DNA from: an uncultured delta proteobacterium
GTDB taxonomy: Bacteria > Desulfobacterota > Binatia > Bin18
Length of the DNA: 32,000 bases
NCBI GenBank assembly: GCA_963733195.1
Contig: CAVTCR010000036.1
Location: 2,784 to 34,783 of the forward strand
Reading direction: 5' to 3'
The notes beneath the pieces are model-generated. The model made no database searches and was not told the origin of the DNA. It was given only the letters and a program-made list of their open reading frames with translations. Shown piece by piece: positions 1 through 9,825 of the stretch; within the stretch, counting starts at the first letter, position 1; the number at the start of each line of letters is the position of its first letter. Both the position numbers and the translations under genes were made by a program.

Positions 1-2
1 TC

Positions 3-443
3 GTCAACTGGCCCGTGGGCGAGGGCTACAAGGGCAGCTCCGGTGTGGTACGTGCGCTCCTCAAGGCACCCCCAATGCGATCGGGTATCTGGACTTGGTG
101 CAGGCGCTCGCCGCCAAGCTCCAGGTCGCTAGTGTGCAAAACGCCAGTGGGCGCTTTGTCGCACCGAGCAGTGCTTCAATACAGGCCGCAGTGGCCTCTG
201 CAAGCTGGGACCCAGCCACGCAGTTCAATACCTCGCTGGTGAACATGGCCGGCGAAGGCAGCTATCCCATCGGGGCGGTGGTCTTCGGCCTGGCCACCGC
301 CGGCTCCGCCCAACGCGCGCGCGCAGACAGCGCGTGCCTTCCTCGAGTGGTCGGTCACGAGCGGTCGCGCGATAGCCGAGCAACTCGGCTACGTAGCCCT
401 GCCGTCGTCGGTGGTGGAAAAGGTACAGGCTGTTCTGCGCTAG
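3..443 (+). pseudogene. pstS: Phosphate ABC transporter substrate-binding protein PstS, C-terminal part. The 5' end lies outside the window and the frame is broken twice.
   Basis: Three frames joined give VNWPVGEGYKGSSGVV / NAIGYLDLVQALAAKLQVASVQNASGRFVAPSSASIQAAVASASW..SYPIGAVVF / AFLEWSVTSGRAIAEQLGYVALPSSVVEKVQAVLR*. This matches the conserved PstS C-terminal half. The frame changes sit at a C5 run (69-73) and a (CG)5 run (314-324). Stop TAG is at 441-443. Confidence 0.7.
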
Positions 444-543
444 GGCACTTTGCACGTGAAGGGGCTCATCTCGGGGACCCTGTTGTGTAAATGGACAAAA
501 CTCTCGCTCGTCCATTTATCTCCCATCACAAGAGGATGCTCAC

Positions 544-1297
544 ATGGAGTGGATCGTTGACTCGCAAGCCTTGATCGGCCTGGTCACGTTGACCTTTCTG
601 GAAATCGTGCTCGGCATCGACAATATCATCTTTATTTCGATTCTCGCTGGCAAATTGCCCAAGGAGCGGCAGGACCGGGCCAGACGGATAGGATTGGCCC
701 TGGCGATGATTATGCGCATTCTGCTGCTGCTGTCGTTGAGCTGGATCGCCCGCTTAACCGAGCCACTGTTTACGGTATTTCACGTTGACAATTTCGGGGC
801 GCGCGTTGATTTTGCTGGGCGGCGGCATGTTTTTATTGGCCAAGAGCACGTATGAGATTGATGAAAAACTGGAAGGCGAGACCGCCCACGCCTCAGCTAC
901 AGGCAAAGCCTCATTTACCAGTGTCATCACGCAAATCATCCTGCTCGATATCGTTTTTTCGCTCGATTCGGTCATCACTGCGGTTGGGATGGCCAACCAA
1001 CTGTGGGTCATGGTGACGGCCGTGATCATCTCCGTCGTGATTATGTTGTGGGCCTCCGGCCCCATCAGTGCCTTTGTCAACCGCCATCCGACCGTCAAGA
1101 TGCTGGCTTTGAGCTTTCTCTTGCTGATTGGCTTTTCGCTGATGGCAGAGGGGTTAGAACTGCACATCCCGAAAGGCTACATCTACTTCGCGATGGCATT
1201 CACCGTTTTCGTAGAGATGCTGAATCTGCGGCTGCGAGCGAAGGCCGAGCCGGTGCACCTGCGCGAGCCGTACGCAGCTTTGTCAAACAAAGAGTGA
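544..1297 (+). pseudogene. TerC-family integral membrane protein with one frameshift near 783
   Basis: ORF 544-855 ([21 protein letters not shown]..) and ORF 785-1297 ([45 protein letters not shown]) together form a typical TerC protein of about 250 aa. The two halves are in different frames. Confidence 0.7.
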
Positions 1298-1343
1298 GGC
1301 AAGCAAAAACGCTGAGAGGCTGTCTGAGAAGCCAAGAGGTCAA

Positions 1344-1393
1344 GTCATTGCGAGCGGAGCGAAGCAATCTTTGCCCGAAACAGAGACTGCTTC
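1344..1393. repeat. REP-like intergenic element (GTCATTGCGAGC head plus hairpin)
   Basis: GTCATTGCGAGC lies at 1344-1355. Hairpin arms gaagcaatct (1361-1370) and agactgcttc (1384-1393) pair with one mismatch. Related heads occur at about 6886 (minus strand) and 17524. Confidence 0.4.
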
Positions 1394-1416
1394 GTCGTTG
1401 AAGCCTGTCCTAAGCG

Positions 1417-1452
1417 GAGAGAAAAAGGCGGAGCGCCGGCTCGGCGCTCCGC
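1417..1452 (-). terminator. Rho-independent terminator of the phytase-like gene
   Basis: Perfect 11-bp stem gcggagcgccg (1428-1438) / cggcgctccgc (1442-1452) with a 3-nt loop. On the minus strand it is followed by CTTTTTCTCTC and lies just after the stop at 1461-1463. Confidence 0.6.
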
Positions 1453-1460
1453 GGGTTCAT

Positions 1461-3813
1461 TTACTGAAACAATCGCTGGAAGCGGCCAAGATCAAGGAAC
1501 CAGGTCTCGCCGGACCAGTCTTCGACGCCGTCGTTGTCGGTGACAACGAAGGTGCGGCCGTTACCGGTAATCGCAACGCCTTCCGGCTTGTCGGTGATCC
1601 AGCCGTTGGTCGCCTTGAGATCGGGTATCATGTCGTACACAGACTTCTCGCTGTTGCTGATCAGATCGTCGGCAGCCGCATTGTGGCTGGACCTTGACCA
1701 GCGTCTTCAGCCCGGCGAAATCACCGGTAAGGTTATCGCGTTCGAGCACGACATACGAACCATCCGGCGCGCGGGTGATCTCGGACAGGCCGACCCAGGA
1801 AGCATTGGCCGGCAGCGGCGCCAGTTCCCAGGCGACATGATCCCAAGGCTTGGCTACCGGATCGTAGATCCAGATGCGGGTCTGGTTCGGCTCGCCATTC
1901 GCGTTCAGGCCGCCGGCATCGTCGTCCAGGTCTTCGCATTCCGGCGTGGTATAGTCCCAGCCACGTTGCTGTGCGACGAGCAACTTGTAGCTACCGCCGT
2001 TACCAGGCAGTACCGCCACGCCCTCGAAGCCCGAGCCCAGCGTGCCTCTGGCAGTGGAAGCAGCGCGGCAGTCGAGAATCTCTGCTGGGAGGCCAACTTC
2101 CTTAATGACATTGCCGGTGAGATCGACCTGCAGCAGCCGATTCGGCCGCGAATCGCTGGCGTTGCCTTCGCTGGCAATCCACAAGGTGCGGTCCGGCGCA
2201 ATGGCGATGCCTTCCGGATCATAGTTGCCGGTACCGCCACGGATGGTCAGCGACTCGGTGATCACTGCCGGTTTCGCTGAGACATCGATGCGGAAGATGT
2301 TGCTTTGACTGTAGTACGAATCCCATACCGCCAGTAGGGTGTCAGGCTGGCCCGGAACGGCGACCATGCCGGACAGCGCCGACCACGGGATCGGCGAGCC
2401 GTTGCTGTCATCTGAGACGATCTGCGGGTAGGTCGGCTGACCAGGCTTGAGCTGATAGATCATGATGGTGGAACGCACACCGAAACTCGGGTCATCTTCC
2501 TCGCCGGAGGCAATCAGTAGATTGCGCGAGGGAATAGCGAGCAGTCCTTCCGGGCCCAGCGGACCGGGCAGCAGTTGCTTGAACTTCGGCCGGGCGCCGT
2601 TGACCTCGTACACTGCGATGAAGCTGCCGCGCTCGGAGCCGACAAAGAGATAATCGTCGTTGCCGAAACTGGCGAATTCAATCGCTTCCGGCTCTGTGCC
2701 TTTATTTTCGGAACGGGCTTCCGGGTAGTGGCCGTGCTGCACGGCGATCTCTTCGAGTGAAGCGCCGCTATCGAACAACACGTTGCCATTACGGTTGAAC
2801 AGCGAGAACCCGCGGCTGCCGCCGAACAGGTCACCCTCGTTCGCCGTGGCGATAAAATACGCACCGTGGCGGCCATTGCGCAGCCAGGCGACGGCGTCCG
2901 GTTCACGTGACACGTTGGTTAGGGTTTCGGTCAGGGAAATGATTCCGTCCTCGGTTTTATCGATGCCATTGAGCGTGACTGAGCCGGCATTGAAATGTTC
3001 GATCACGGCGCCCGTGCCGAGATTGACGATGGCAATGTGGTTGTTCTCCTGCAGCGTCACCACGGCCTCGTTGTGCTCATTAATATCGACAAACTCCGGT
3101 TCCGGATCGTTGCTGCCATAGCTGGCAAGACCGGTGCAGGGTGACATCGCGTCCGGCACCCAGGTCGCCGGATTCGTGCGCGATGATGTCGATGATGACA
3201 AGGTAACCCGGCAGGCAGCTGCGGCAGGCCGCCTTCCACGCCATCGACCTCGAACTCTTCATCGCGCTCGTTCTCAATGGCAATGGCGGCGTACTTGCCG
3301 TCCGGGCTGATCTTGACGGAGTCTGGCTGACCGCCGAGATCAATGCTGCGCACGATCGCCCGCAGTAGTGATATCGACCACGACTAGCTTGCCGCTGGTA
3401 TTGATGAAGTTGGTGCTGGTATTGACGGCAACCAGCGCGTATTTATTGCCGAGCACGTCGACCGAGGTCGGTTCGCCATCCAGCGCAAGGACCCCAGTCG
3501 GCATCGGCTTAGCTGGATTGGTGATGTCGACAAAGCCGATTTGCTCGCCTGGGCTGTCAGTATAGACCAGCGTCTTGCCGTCACGTGTCGCAGCGATGAT
3601 TTCTGATACTGTCGTCTTGCCGATATTGGCAGCGCCGTTATTCGGTAGTTGGCCAATGTCGACACCCGCTGGAAGCTCGCCTTGTTATCGTGCTGTGCGC
3701 AAATCATTAGACGACTTCCGATAATCACCAAGCCCAAAGGCGATCTGGGCAGTAGCGGCAGCGCTCGCAATCAACAGAGTTGTCAAGAACATTCCGGTGT
3801 TTTTCTTCTGCAT
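1461..3813 (-). pseudogene. Secreted phytase-like esterase (beta-propeller / choice-of-anchor-I-like N-terminal part plus esterase-like-activity-of-phytase C-terminal part). At least 6 frame disruptions.
   Basis: ATG at 3811-3813 follows GAGAGGAGA. The signal peptide is MQKKNTGMFLTTLLIASAAATAQIA. Conserved pieces are spread over several frames: ASFQRVSTLANY, TTVSEIIAATRDGKTLVYTDSPGEQIGFVDITNPAKP, SIDLGGQPDSVKISPDGKYAAIAIENERDEE, EPDAVAWL..ATANEGD, GTEPEAIEF, and the C-terminal IPDLKATNGWITDKPEGVAITGNGRTFVVTDNDGVEDWSGETWFLDLG. The family name is from memory of such proteins. Confidence 0.65.
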
Positions 3814-3905
3814 AGGGTCTCCTCTCGATTTCAGATGTCTGATATCTCTCGGTAGTAGTCACAATTGGAGAGTATAAAAGAGTCTCATCTGTATGTTGCT
3901 TCGAT

Positions 3906-3923
3906 ATGACACTCGTATGACAT
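3906..3923 (-). promoter_or_regulatory. Putative Pho box upstream of the phytase-like gene
   Basis: The minus strand reads ATGTCAT-acga-GTGTCAT. These are two 7-mers with a 4-bp spacer, close to the E. coli PhoB consensus CTGTCAT-N4-CTGTCAT. The site lies 92 nt upstream of the ATG at 3813. Confidence 0.5.
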
Positions 3924-4078
3924 CACGGTTAACCCTCTAGTGTGACTCGCTCCGGGTGACGAACAATACTGTTCTGCATTCGTTATGCACACGCGGTTAT
4001 GAGTTCCTTCTCCGGTAGGGAGAGGGAAGGGCTACAAAGCCAACGGCTTAGGTTGGGAGGCGACACGAGAGGCCATCG

Positions 4079-4096
4079 CTGTCATCAACATTTCAT
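4079..4096 (+). promoter_or_regulatory. Putative Pho box upstream of the glpQ-like gene
   Basis: CTGTCAT-caac-ATTTCAT on the plus strand, about 155-170 nt upstream of the ATG at 4250. The first half-site is perfect and the second is weaker. Confidence 0.4.
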
Positions 4097-4249
4097 CCGA
4101 TACTCGTCAGCCGTTCACACAGATAGCGTAAGGTCCCTCCCCGCACACAAGGAACAAGTCGTTCGTGTGACATTCCTATACGACCATTGGTCTGATATTC
4201 TTTTTGTAAAATATCACACTGAGAGTGTCTTTTTTGAAAAGAGGATTTT

Positions 4250-5596
4250 ATGCGTCAAGGTGTTGCATTGCTGAGTATCGCGGCTGTTCTCTGGGCATTT
4301 TCCTATCAGCCGAGCATGGTGTCCGCCGGCGATGATAGTAGCAATAGAGGGAAAGGACAGAGAGGTAATCAAGGTGAGGACTCTGGCTGCGGAGAGGATT
4401 CGGGCAGGAACGGACACGGCCAAAACGTGCAACTAGGGCCACGCCCCTTCTATCTCGTGGACAAAATGAGTCCCGGCCCGCTCAAGGGAACACTCCAACA
4501 GTGCAATGAAGACTCATTCGACCAAACTGACTTTTCGATCGGTCACCGTGGGGGCGCACCTCTGCTGATTCCCGAGCACACCAAGGAAAGCCATGAAGCA
4601 GGCGCACGCATGGGCGCTGGTATTCTTGAGTGTGACGTAACCTTTACCAAGGATAAGGAACTGGTCTGCCGTCACGATCAGTGTGATTTGCATACGACGA
4701 CCAACATTCTTGCTACTCCATTGGCAGGCAAGTGCACGATGCCATTCGTACCAGCGAACCCCGCCACTGGCACTCCCGCGCAAGTGCTCTGCTGTACGAG
4801 CGACCTTACGTTAGCGGAGTTCAAAACCTTGAAGGGAAAAATGGACGCGTTTAACCCTAGGGGAACTACCGTTGCCGAGTATATAGGCGGAACCGCGAAC
4901 TGGCGCACGGATTTGTATGCGACAGGGGGAACGCTGTTGAGCCACAAGGAAAGTATCCAGCTGATCAAGTCTCTCGGCGCCAAATTTACGCCCGAACTCA
5001 AAGGCCCCAACCGTAGCGCCAACCTGCAGGTCGAGAAGGTGTTTGGCACCCAGGAGGCATATGCGCAGAAGATGATCGACGAGTACAAAGCGGCCAACAT
5101 CTCTCCCAGGAATGTCTTCGCCCAATCTTTCAACTATGCCGATGTTGTCTACTGGATCAAGAACGAGCCGAGTTTCGGCAAGCAAGCCGTGTTCCTCGAT
5201 GATGCCAATGTCCCCAGCGAACTTCCGACCCTGGCTGACCTGCAAAAGTACAAAGCAGATGGTGTCAACATTTGGGCCCCACCCATGTGGGCGCTGTTGA
5301 CGGTCAGCAACGGACAGATCGTGCCTTCCCAGTACGCTCGGAACGCTAAGATCGCTCACCTCGATATTATCACCTGGACGCTGGAGCGCTCAGGCCGCAT
5401 CGTCGAGGAAGTGTTGCCGACCAAGGGTACCGCGAGCCCGTCGTTCTACTACCAGACGACGCTGGACGCCCTGCACAACGATGGCGACATTCTGACAACA
5501 CTAGACGTGTTAGCGCGGCAAGTCGGCATCCGCGGCATCTTCTCCGACTGGTCGGCGACGGTGTCGTACTACGCGAACTGTATGGGGTTGAAGTAG
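4250..5596 (+). CDS. Secreted glycerophosphodiester phosphodiesterase family protein (GlpQ-like)
   Basis: Intact 448-aa ORF with RBS AAGAGGA. Signal peptide is [30 protein letters not shown] catalytic motifs are present: [30 protein letters not shown]. Confidence 0.85.
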   Translation: MRQGVALLSIAAVLWAFSYQPSMVSAGDDSSNRGKGQRGNQGEDSGCGEDSGRNGHGQNVQLGPRPFYLVDKMSPGPLKGTLQQCNEDSFDQTDFSIGHRGGAPLLIPEHTKESHEAGARMGAGILECDVTFTKDKELVCRHDQCDLHTTTNILATPLAGKCTMPFVPANPATGTPAQVLCCTSDLTLAEFKTLKGKMDAFNPRGTTVAEYIGGTANWRTDLYATGGTLLSHKESIQLIKSLGAKFTPELKGPNRSANLQVEKVFGTQEAYAQKMIDEYKAANISPRNVFAQSFNYADVVYWIKNEPSFGKQAVFLDDANVPSELPTLADLQKYKADGVNIWAPPMWALLTVSNGQIVPSQYARNAKIAHLDIITWTLERSGRIVEEVLPTKGTASPSFYYQTTLDALHNDGDILTTLDVLARQVGIRGIFSDWSATVSYYANCMGLK

Positions 5597-5617
5597 TCGA
5601 CTAGCTTACGATACGGC

Positions 5618-5644
5618 GCGGGCGTTGTCATCACCAACGCCCGC
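5618..5644. terminator. Hairpin between the convergent glpQ-like and gnd genes
   Basis: Perfect 10-bp stem gcgggcgttg (5618-5627) / caacgcccgc (5635-5644) with a 7-nt loop. There is no clear U-tract on either strand. Confidence 0.35.
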
Positions 5645-5741
5645 TCGTCCATCAGGACCACCTGCGGTTCAGCCACGGCCTATCCTGTCCAGAAAGAAAA
5701 CAAAAAGTGTACTGTGATAGGATGCTCCTACAACCGTCTCA

Positions 5742-6761
5742 TCACTCATCGTGCGAACGTTCGGCATGGCCTCCGAACTCGAACCGCATCGCCGAGAGTA
5801 TTTTCTCGGCAAAGTCGTCCTCGCCACGTGAGCTGAAGCGCTGATACAGCGCGGCACTGAGCACAGGAGCAGGGCAGCCTTCTTCAATCGCAGCAGTGAT
5901 TGTCCAGCGCCCCTCACCTGAATCCGAGACACGCCCCGAGAAATTTGCCAAGTCTGGATTCTTGCTTAGAGCGAGAGCAGTTAAATCCAACAGCCACGAA
6001 GCCACAACACTGCCGCGCCGCCACACTTCAGCGATATCTGGAAGATTCAAGTCGTACTGATAATGCTCTGGGTTGCGTAACGGTGTTGTTTCGGCATCCG
6101 CTTTGCGGTTCTGCTTCCCTACATTGGCATGCCGTAAGATATTGAATCCTTCGGCGTAGGCCGCCATCAGGCCATACTCGATGCCGTTGTGCACCATTTT
6201 GACGAAATGCCCAGCCCCAGACGGCCCACAGTGCAGATAACCCTCCTCCGCTGTCTTACGAACATTTGCATGCCCAGGAGTGCGAGAGGTTGCATTCTCA
6301 CCCGGGGCCAACGTCTTAAAAATGGGATCGAGTTGTTGAACTGCCTGTTCGGGTCCGCCAATCATGAGACAGTAACCGCGCTCCAGGCCCCAGATGCCAC
6401 CGCTGGTGCCAACGTCGAGATAGTGAATGCCCTCGACTTTGAGATCTTCAGCCCGCCGGATATCGTCGATGTAATATGAATTCCCGCCGTCGATCACAAT
6501 GTCATCGTGCTGGAGACGAGGAGCAAGATCGTCAAGCGTCTGGTCGACCACTGCTGCTGGCACCATCACCCAAACCGCCCGTGGTGGAGTCAACCGCTCG
6601 ATAAGCTCACCTATGGACGATGTTCCTACAGCCCCTTCATGAACGAGCGTCTGCACGGTTGTCGGATTCATGTCAAAGACGACGCATTGATGGCCGCCGC
6701 GTAAGAGCCGGCGCACCATGTTTGCCCCCATTCTGCCAAGCCCAATCATACCCAGTTGCAT
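5742..6761 (-). CDS. gnd: 6-phosphogluconate dehydrogenase, decarboxylating, short (about 340 aa) form
   Basis: Intact 339-aa ORF. Dinucleotide fold [19 protein letters not shown] is present, as is the 6PGDH signature [20 protein letters not shown]. Confidence 0.9.
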   Translation of the reverse strand: MQLGMIGLGRMGANMVRRLLRGGHQCVVFDMNPTTVQTLVHEGAVGTSSIGELIERLTPPRAVWVMVPAAVVDQTLDDLAPRLQHDDIVIDGGNSYYIDDIRRAEDLKVEGIHYLDVGTSGGIWGLERGYCLMIGGPEQAVQQLDPIFKTLAPGENATSRTPGHANVRKTAEEGYLHCGPSGAGHFVKMVHNGIEYGLMAAYAEGFNILRHANVGKQNRKADAETTPLRNPEHYQYDLNLPDIAEVWRRGSVVASWLLDLTALALSKNPDLANFSGRVSDSGEGRWTITAAIEEGCPAPVLSAALYQRFSSRGEDDFAEKILSAMRFEFGGHAERSHDE

Positions 6762-7189
6762 AGTGAGATATCCTTTCTGTCACTGTTCTTCTGAATTTTG
6801 CCTCTTTCGTTGCAAACAAAGAGTGTCTTCAGGAAAAAGCAAAGCACGCGTGTGGCGAGCAATCACGAGGTCCTCCTTGGTCGCAATGACACGCACGGTA
6901 CAAGGACGAGGTTGTTTTCCTTACATGTCGGTCCACTGCCAGTTGCGAATCTCCAGTAAATCCCCACCGTATGTAGTGATGTCCTCTTCGTGCTCAACCA
7001 GCTTATCACGAATGAGCTGATTGACTTCCTCTGCACGAGCGCCACGGAGAGGAACACAGTCGACCACATTCATGACCAGGGAGCGTGTAATTCGTTGTTG
7101 GTCAGCGTAACTACCATAGCGGTGGTATTCCTTCCTTACAAGAATGACAAGCGAGCGCAAGACTGGCGAGGTTCACATTAGGTGAGTAA

Positions 7190-7538
7190 TTTCCCGCCCC
7201 GAGAAGAAAGTACAGAGGTGCCGGTGCCCCATTCATTAAGATCAAAACCGGCACTGGCGCATTCGGGCTTTAATGCCGCGAAAGAAGCATTCGAAGATCT
7301 GCTCAAGGCGGGGATTATTGATCCGACCAAAGTGGTGCGGACCGCGTTATAGAATGCCGCATCGGTGTCGAGCTTATTACTCACGAGTGAGGCCATGATC
7401 GCCGAGAAACCGGAAGAAAAGAAACCTGCTGCCCCAGCTCCCTATCCCGAGGAACTTCTAGGAAAACGCCAACCTGACCTCTTCACTACGAAAAGAACTC
7501 GTAGTGAGAAGGTTGCACAGCAACAATTCTCACTTTGA
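7190..7538 (+). pseudogene. groEL: Chaperonin GroEL 3'-terminal remnant (about 80 codons) with one frameshift and one in-frame TAG
   Basis: [11 protein letters not shown] / (1-nt shift at about 7265) / [51 protein letters not shown] matches the GroEL C-terminus ([16 protein letters not shown]). TAG at 7350-7352 replaces the conserved Gln. The first roughly 450 codons of groEL are absent. Confidence 0.7.
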
Positions 7539-7618
7539 AGAGACACAAAGGCACGGACGACATGTTAAAAGAGTAAGACTTGCGTAGACTGCTAGAAGTG
7601 GGGTAAGAGAGCGCGCAG

Positions 7619-8930
7619 ATGGAACGCACGCCGCCAATTCCGGTCGAGTTATGGGAGCGGATTCCGCTCCATGTGCAAGCCGTGTTGTGGGAGGTGTTTG
7701 ATCGCTATGAAGCGCGAATTGCCAAGCTCGAAGCCGAAGTGGCGGAGCTGAAAGCGCAGCGCAACCAGAATTCCCGGAACTCTTCCAAACCGCCGTCCAG
7801 TGATGGGCCGTACGTGAAGCGCAAACCACCGCGTCCGTGCTCAGGCCAGAAAAGGGGTGGCCAAACAGGACATAAAGAGCATCACCGCACGTTAGTGCCG
7901 GTGGAGAAGGTTAATGAAGTGATTGTCTGTAGGCAGACGCACTGTCGGCGGTGCGGACAAGAGTTGCAGGGCAGTGATCTGCACCCTCATCGGCATCAAG
8001 TGGTGGAACTGCCGCCGACCGATTCCCCATGTGACGGAATACCAACAACAGCGGTTGTCTTGCGCCACTGCGGCATCACCACCTGTGGAGCATTACCGCA
8101 CGGGAGTTCCCACGACGGGCTATGGGCCGCGTTTCACCAGTATCGTGGCGGTATGTAGTGGGGCGTACCGCATGAGTAAGCGCATGATCGCTAATTGCAG
8201 TCGCGAAGTGTGGGGGATTCCGCTCTCCCATGGCGAAGTCTGTGCGTTAAAACAAGTCGTGAAACGAGAAGTGAAAGAGAAAGTGGATAACGTAAGAGAT
8301 GTAGGTTCAGAGGAGTGATATCAACGTGGATGAGACAAGGTGGAGGGAACAGAATCGGCGAGGGCAGTTATACGAAATAGCAACGCCGCAGTCGGTGTGT
8401 ATGCGATTCGCCGCTCGCGCGGCGATGAAGTGCTCCACGAGTTGTTAGGGAAGGACTATGGTAGGACCATAGGCAGTGATAGAGAGAAAGCCTATGACTG
8501 CTATCAAAAACGGGAACATCAGATGTGCTGGTAGCAATAGAGTAGAGATGAAAAGGAAATGATAGATAGAGGAGGGAAAGGGAGCAAAGTGGGAGAACAA
8601 TTACTGGAACATGAGAACGTACTGATGTGTGGCGACGGTGGTTGCGCGAAGGGAAATGGAGTGACGGCAATGGCAACAACAGATGAGTGGCTCCGGCTGT
8701 CTCTTCACCAACGGCTCACTGAAAAACGATGCTGTGCCGAGTTCACCGATACACCTGTTCAAGAGAAGAGCGAAAAAGAGAACGCCATTGAACCTCGTCG
8801 AATGCGCGGAATCACCGAGACTGATCATGCCACTGAGCGAACGCTGCGGCATCCCGTGCAGTGGCGCAAGACCAGTTATGGCACGGCGAGTGAGCGCGGC
8901 AGCGTCGGTGGTGGGCTTGATTCATACTAA
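7619..8930 (+). mobile_element. IS66-family transposase (TnpC-like), heavily degraded and 3'-truncated
   Basis: The N-terminal coiled coil and NSSKPPSSDG motif are present. Other recognisable pieces are a zinc-finger region CRRCG..VVELPP, then IPHVTEYQQQRLSC, GVPTTGYGPRFTSIVAVCSGAYRMSKR, VDETRWREQNRR, RSRGDEVLHELLG..SDREKAYD..HQMCW* and AIEP..TERTLRHPVQWRKTSYGTASERGS. These pieces are spread over all three frames with several stops. No terminal inverted repeat pair could be identified. Confidence 0.8.
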
Positions 8931-8953
8931 TATTTCTATTATTTTAGAAATAT
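8930..8953. promoter_or_regulatory. 24-bp palindrome overlapping the arsR start codon (candidate ArsR operator)
   Basis: ATATTTCTA-ttattt-TAGAAATAT has perfect 9-bp arms. It starts at the last base of the IS66 remnant ORF and overlaps the ATG at 8952-8954. Confidence 0.4.
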
Positions 8954-9299
8954 GGAATCAACAGAGGCCGCTGCGATTTTCGCTGCGTTATCCCAGGAGA
9001 CACGGCTCGACCTCATGCGTCTGCTGATTAGGTGAAAACCCAAACGGCCTTCCCAGCTAGCGACTATTGCGAATCGCCTGGGTGTCCCATCTTCGACTCT
9101 TTCCTTTCACCTCGCAGCGCTGGAGCGTGCGGGCCTCACTCATTCCACCCGCCACGGTAGACAGATCATCCATGCGGCACGCATTGCCGGGGTGCGGCAG
9201 TTGCTCGGCTTTCTCACCGAAACCTGCTGCGGTGGCCGTCCTGAACTCTGCGGGGACTTGGCGCGGCTTCTTCCCCCGTTACCTGAGGAACCCCAAGGC
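8952..9299 (+). pseudogene. arsR: ArsR/SmtB-family arsenic-responsive repressor with an in-frame TGA at 9033-9035, continuous in frame with arsC
   Basis: MESTEAAAIFAALSQETRLDLMRLLIR*KPKRPSQLATIANRLGVPSSTLSFHLAALERAGLTHSTRHGRQIIHAA..LTETCCGGRPELCGD. The HTH is typical. The C-terminal CC..C cluster resembles the Acidithiobacillus-type As(III) site. There is no stop codon before the arsC ATG at 9300 (same frame). Confidence 0.75.
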
Positions 9300-9822
9300 A
9301 TGACTCCTGCCTTTAACGTGCTGTTTCTCTGCACCCATAATGCAGCCCGCTCAATTATGGCGGAAGCGATCCTGACAAAAATGTGGCGGGGACCGCTTCC
9401 ACGCCTACTCTGCCGGGTTCTGACCCGATCGCCAAACCAAATCCGGATGTAATCAAGAAAGCTGCGGGCATTTGGCCATGACACCGACGACCTTACACAG
9501 CAAGTCATGGGAGGAATTCACCGGCCCCACTGCCCCACGCATGGATTTCGTCATCACGCTCTGTGATACGCTTATCGGGCACAGACGTGCCCAGAGTTCG
9601 ATAAGCTGGCGGTGACAGGTGCCTGGCCGCTGCCAGATCCGGCGAAATTTACGGGAAGCACAGCCGAGCGTGCGACCTTCCTCAATGAGGTCTACGGCGG
9701 CTCTGCGGCGCCGGATAGAGATTTTCACCTCTTTACCTTTTGCGTCACTGGACCGAATGGCGATGAAGGCACGGCTCGATGAAATCGGCGGCGATGTGTT
9801 CGCATCGAGGGGAGGACGATAA
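9300..9822 (+). pseudogene. arsC: LMW-PTPase-type arsenate reductase ArsC, about 6 frameshifts
   Basis: MTPAFNVLFLCTHNAARSIMAEAILTK carries the C-x5-R P-loop. Further pieces lie in alternating frames: [112 protein letters not shown]. Confidence 0.75.
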
Positions 9823-9825
9823 CAC

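Noticed and set aside
1534-2280. 248-aa plus-strand ORF, plus other long ORFs antisense to recognised genes: 754-1167(-), 4811-5359(-), 12458-12967(-), 18556-19074(-), 21995-22549(-), 22167-22661(-), 29180-29863(-).
   Set aside because: Each lies entirely opposite a gene with clear family motifs and has Arg/Ala/Pro-rich, low-information composition. This is typical of shadow ORFs in GC-rich coding DNA.
3999-4274. 91-aa ORF inside the phytase-like/glpQ divergent spacer
   Set aside because: It has no RBS, overlaps the glpQ start and the Pho-box candidate, and has no motifs. The region is treated as regulatory DNA.
6921-7160. 79-aa minus-strand ORF upstream of gnd (…MNVVDCVPLRGARAEEVNQLIRDKLVEHEEDITTYGGDLLEIRNWQWTDM)
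   Set aside because: It has no convincing RBS or recognisable family. It may be a real small gene or another remnant. It is left uncalled, not annotated.
7560-7618. GTAAG-containing sequences (GTAAGACTTGCG, GGTAAGAGAGCGC) as a possible IS66 left inverted repeat
   Set aside because: The right end of the element is missing (truncated at 8930). No matching inverted copy exists in the window to confirm an IR.
9033-9035. The in-frame TGA in arsR (and TAG at 7350-7352 in the groEL stump) as possible selenocysteine or recoding sites
   Set aside because: The positions are not Cys/Sec positions in these families. No SECIS-like hairpin is evident, and the surrounding genes carry many ordinary frameshifts. 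These are simple nonsense lesions or errors.
9779-9825. ORF-track start of the GAPDH ORF at 9779
   Set aside because: The true N-terminus [13 protein letters not shown] begins at the ATG at 9826 in another frame. The 9779 start is a by-product of the frameshift near 9935.
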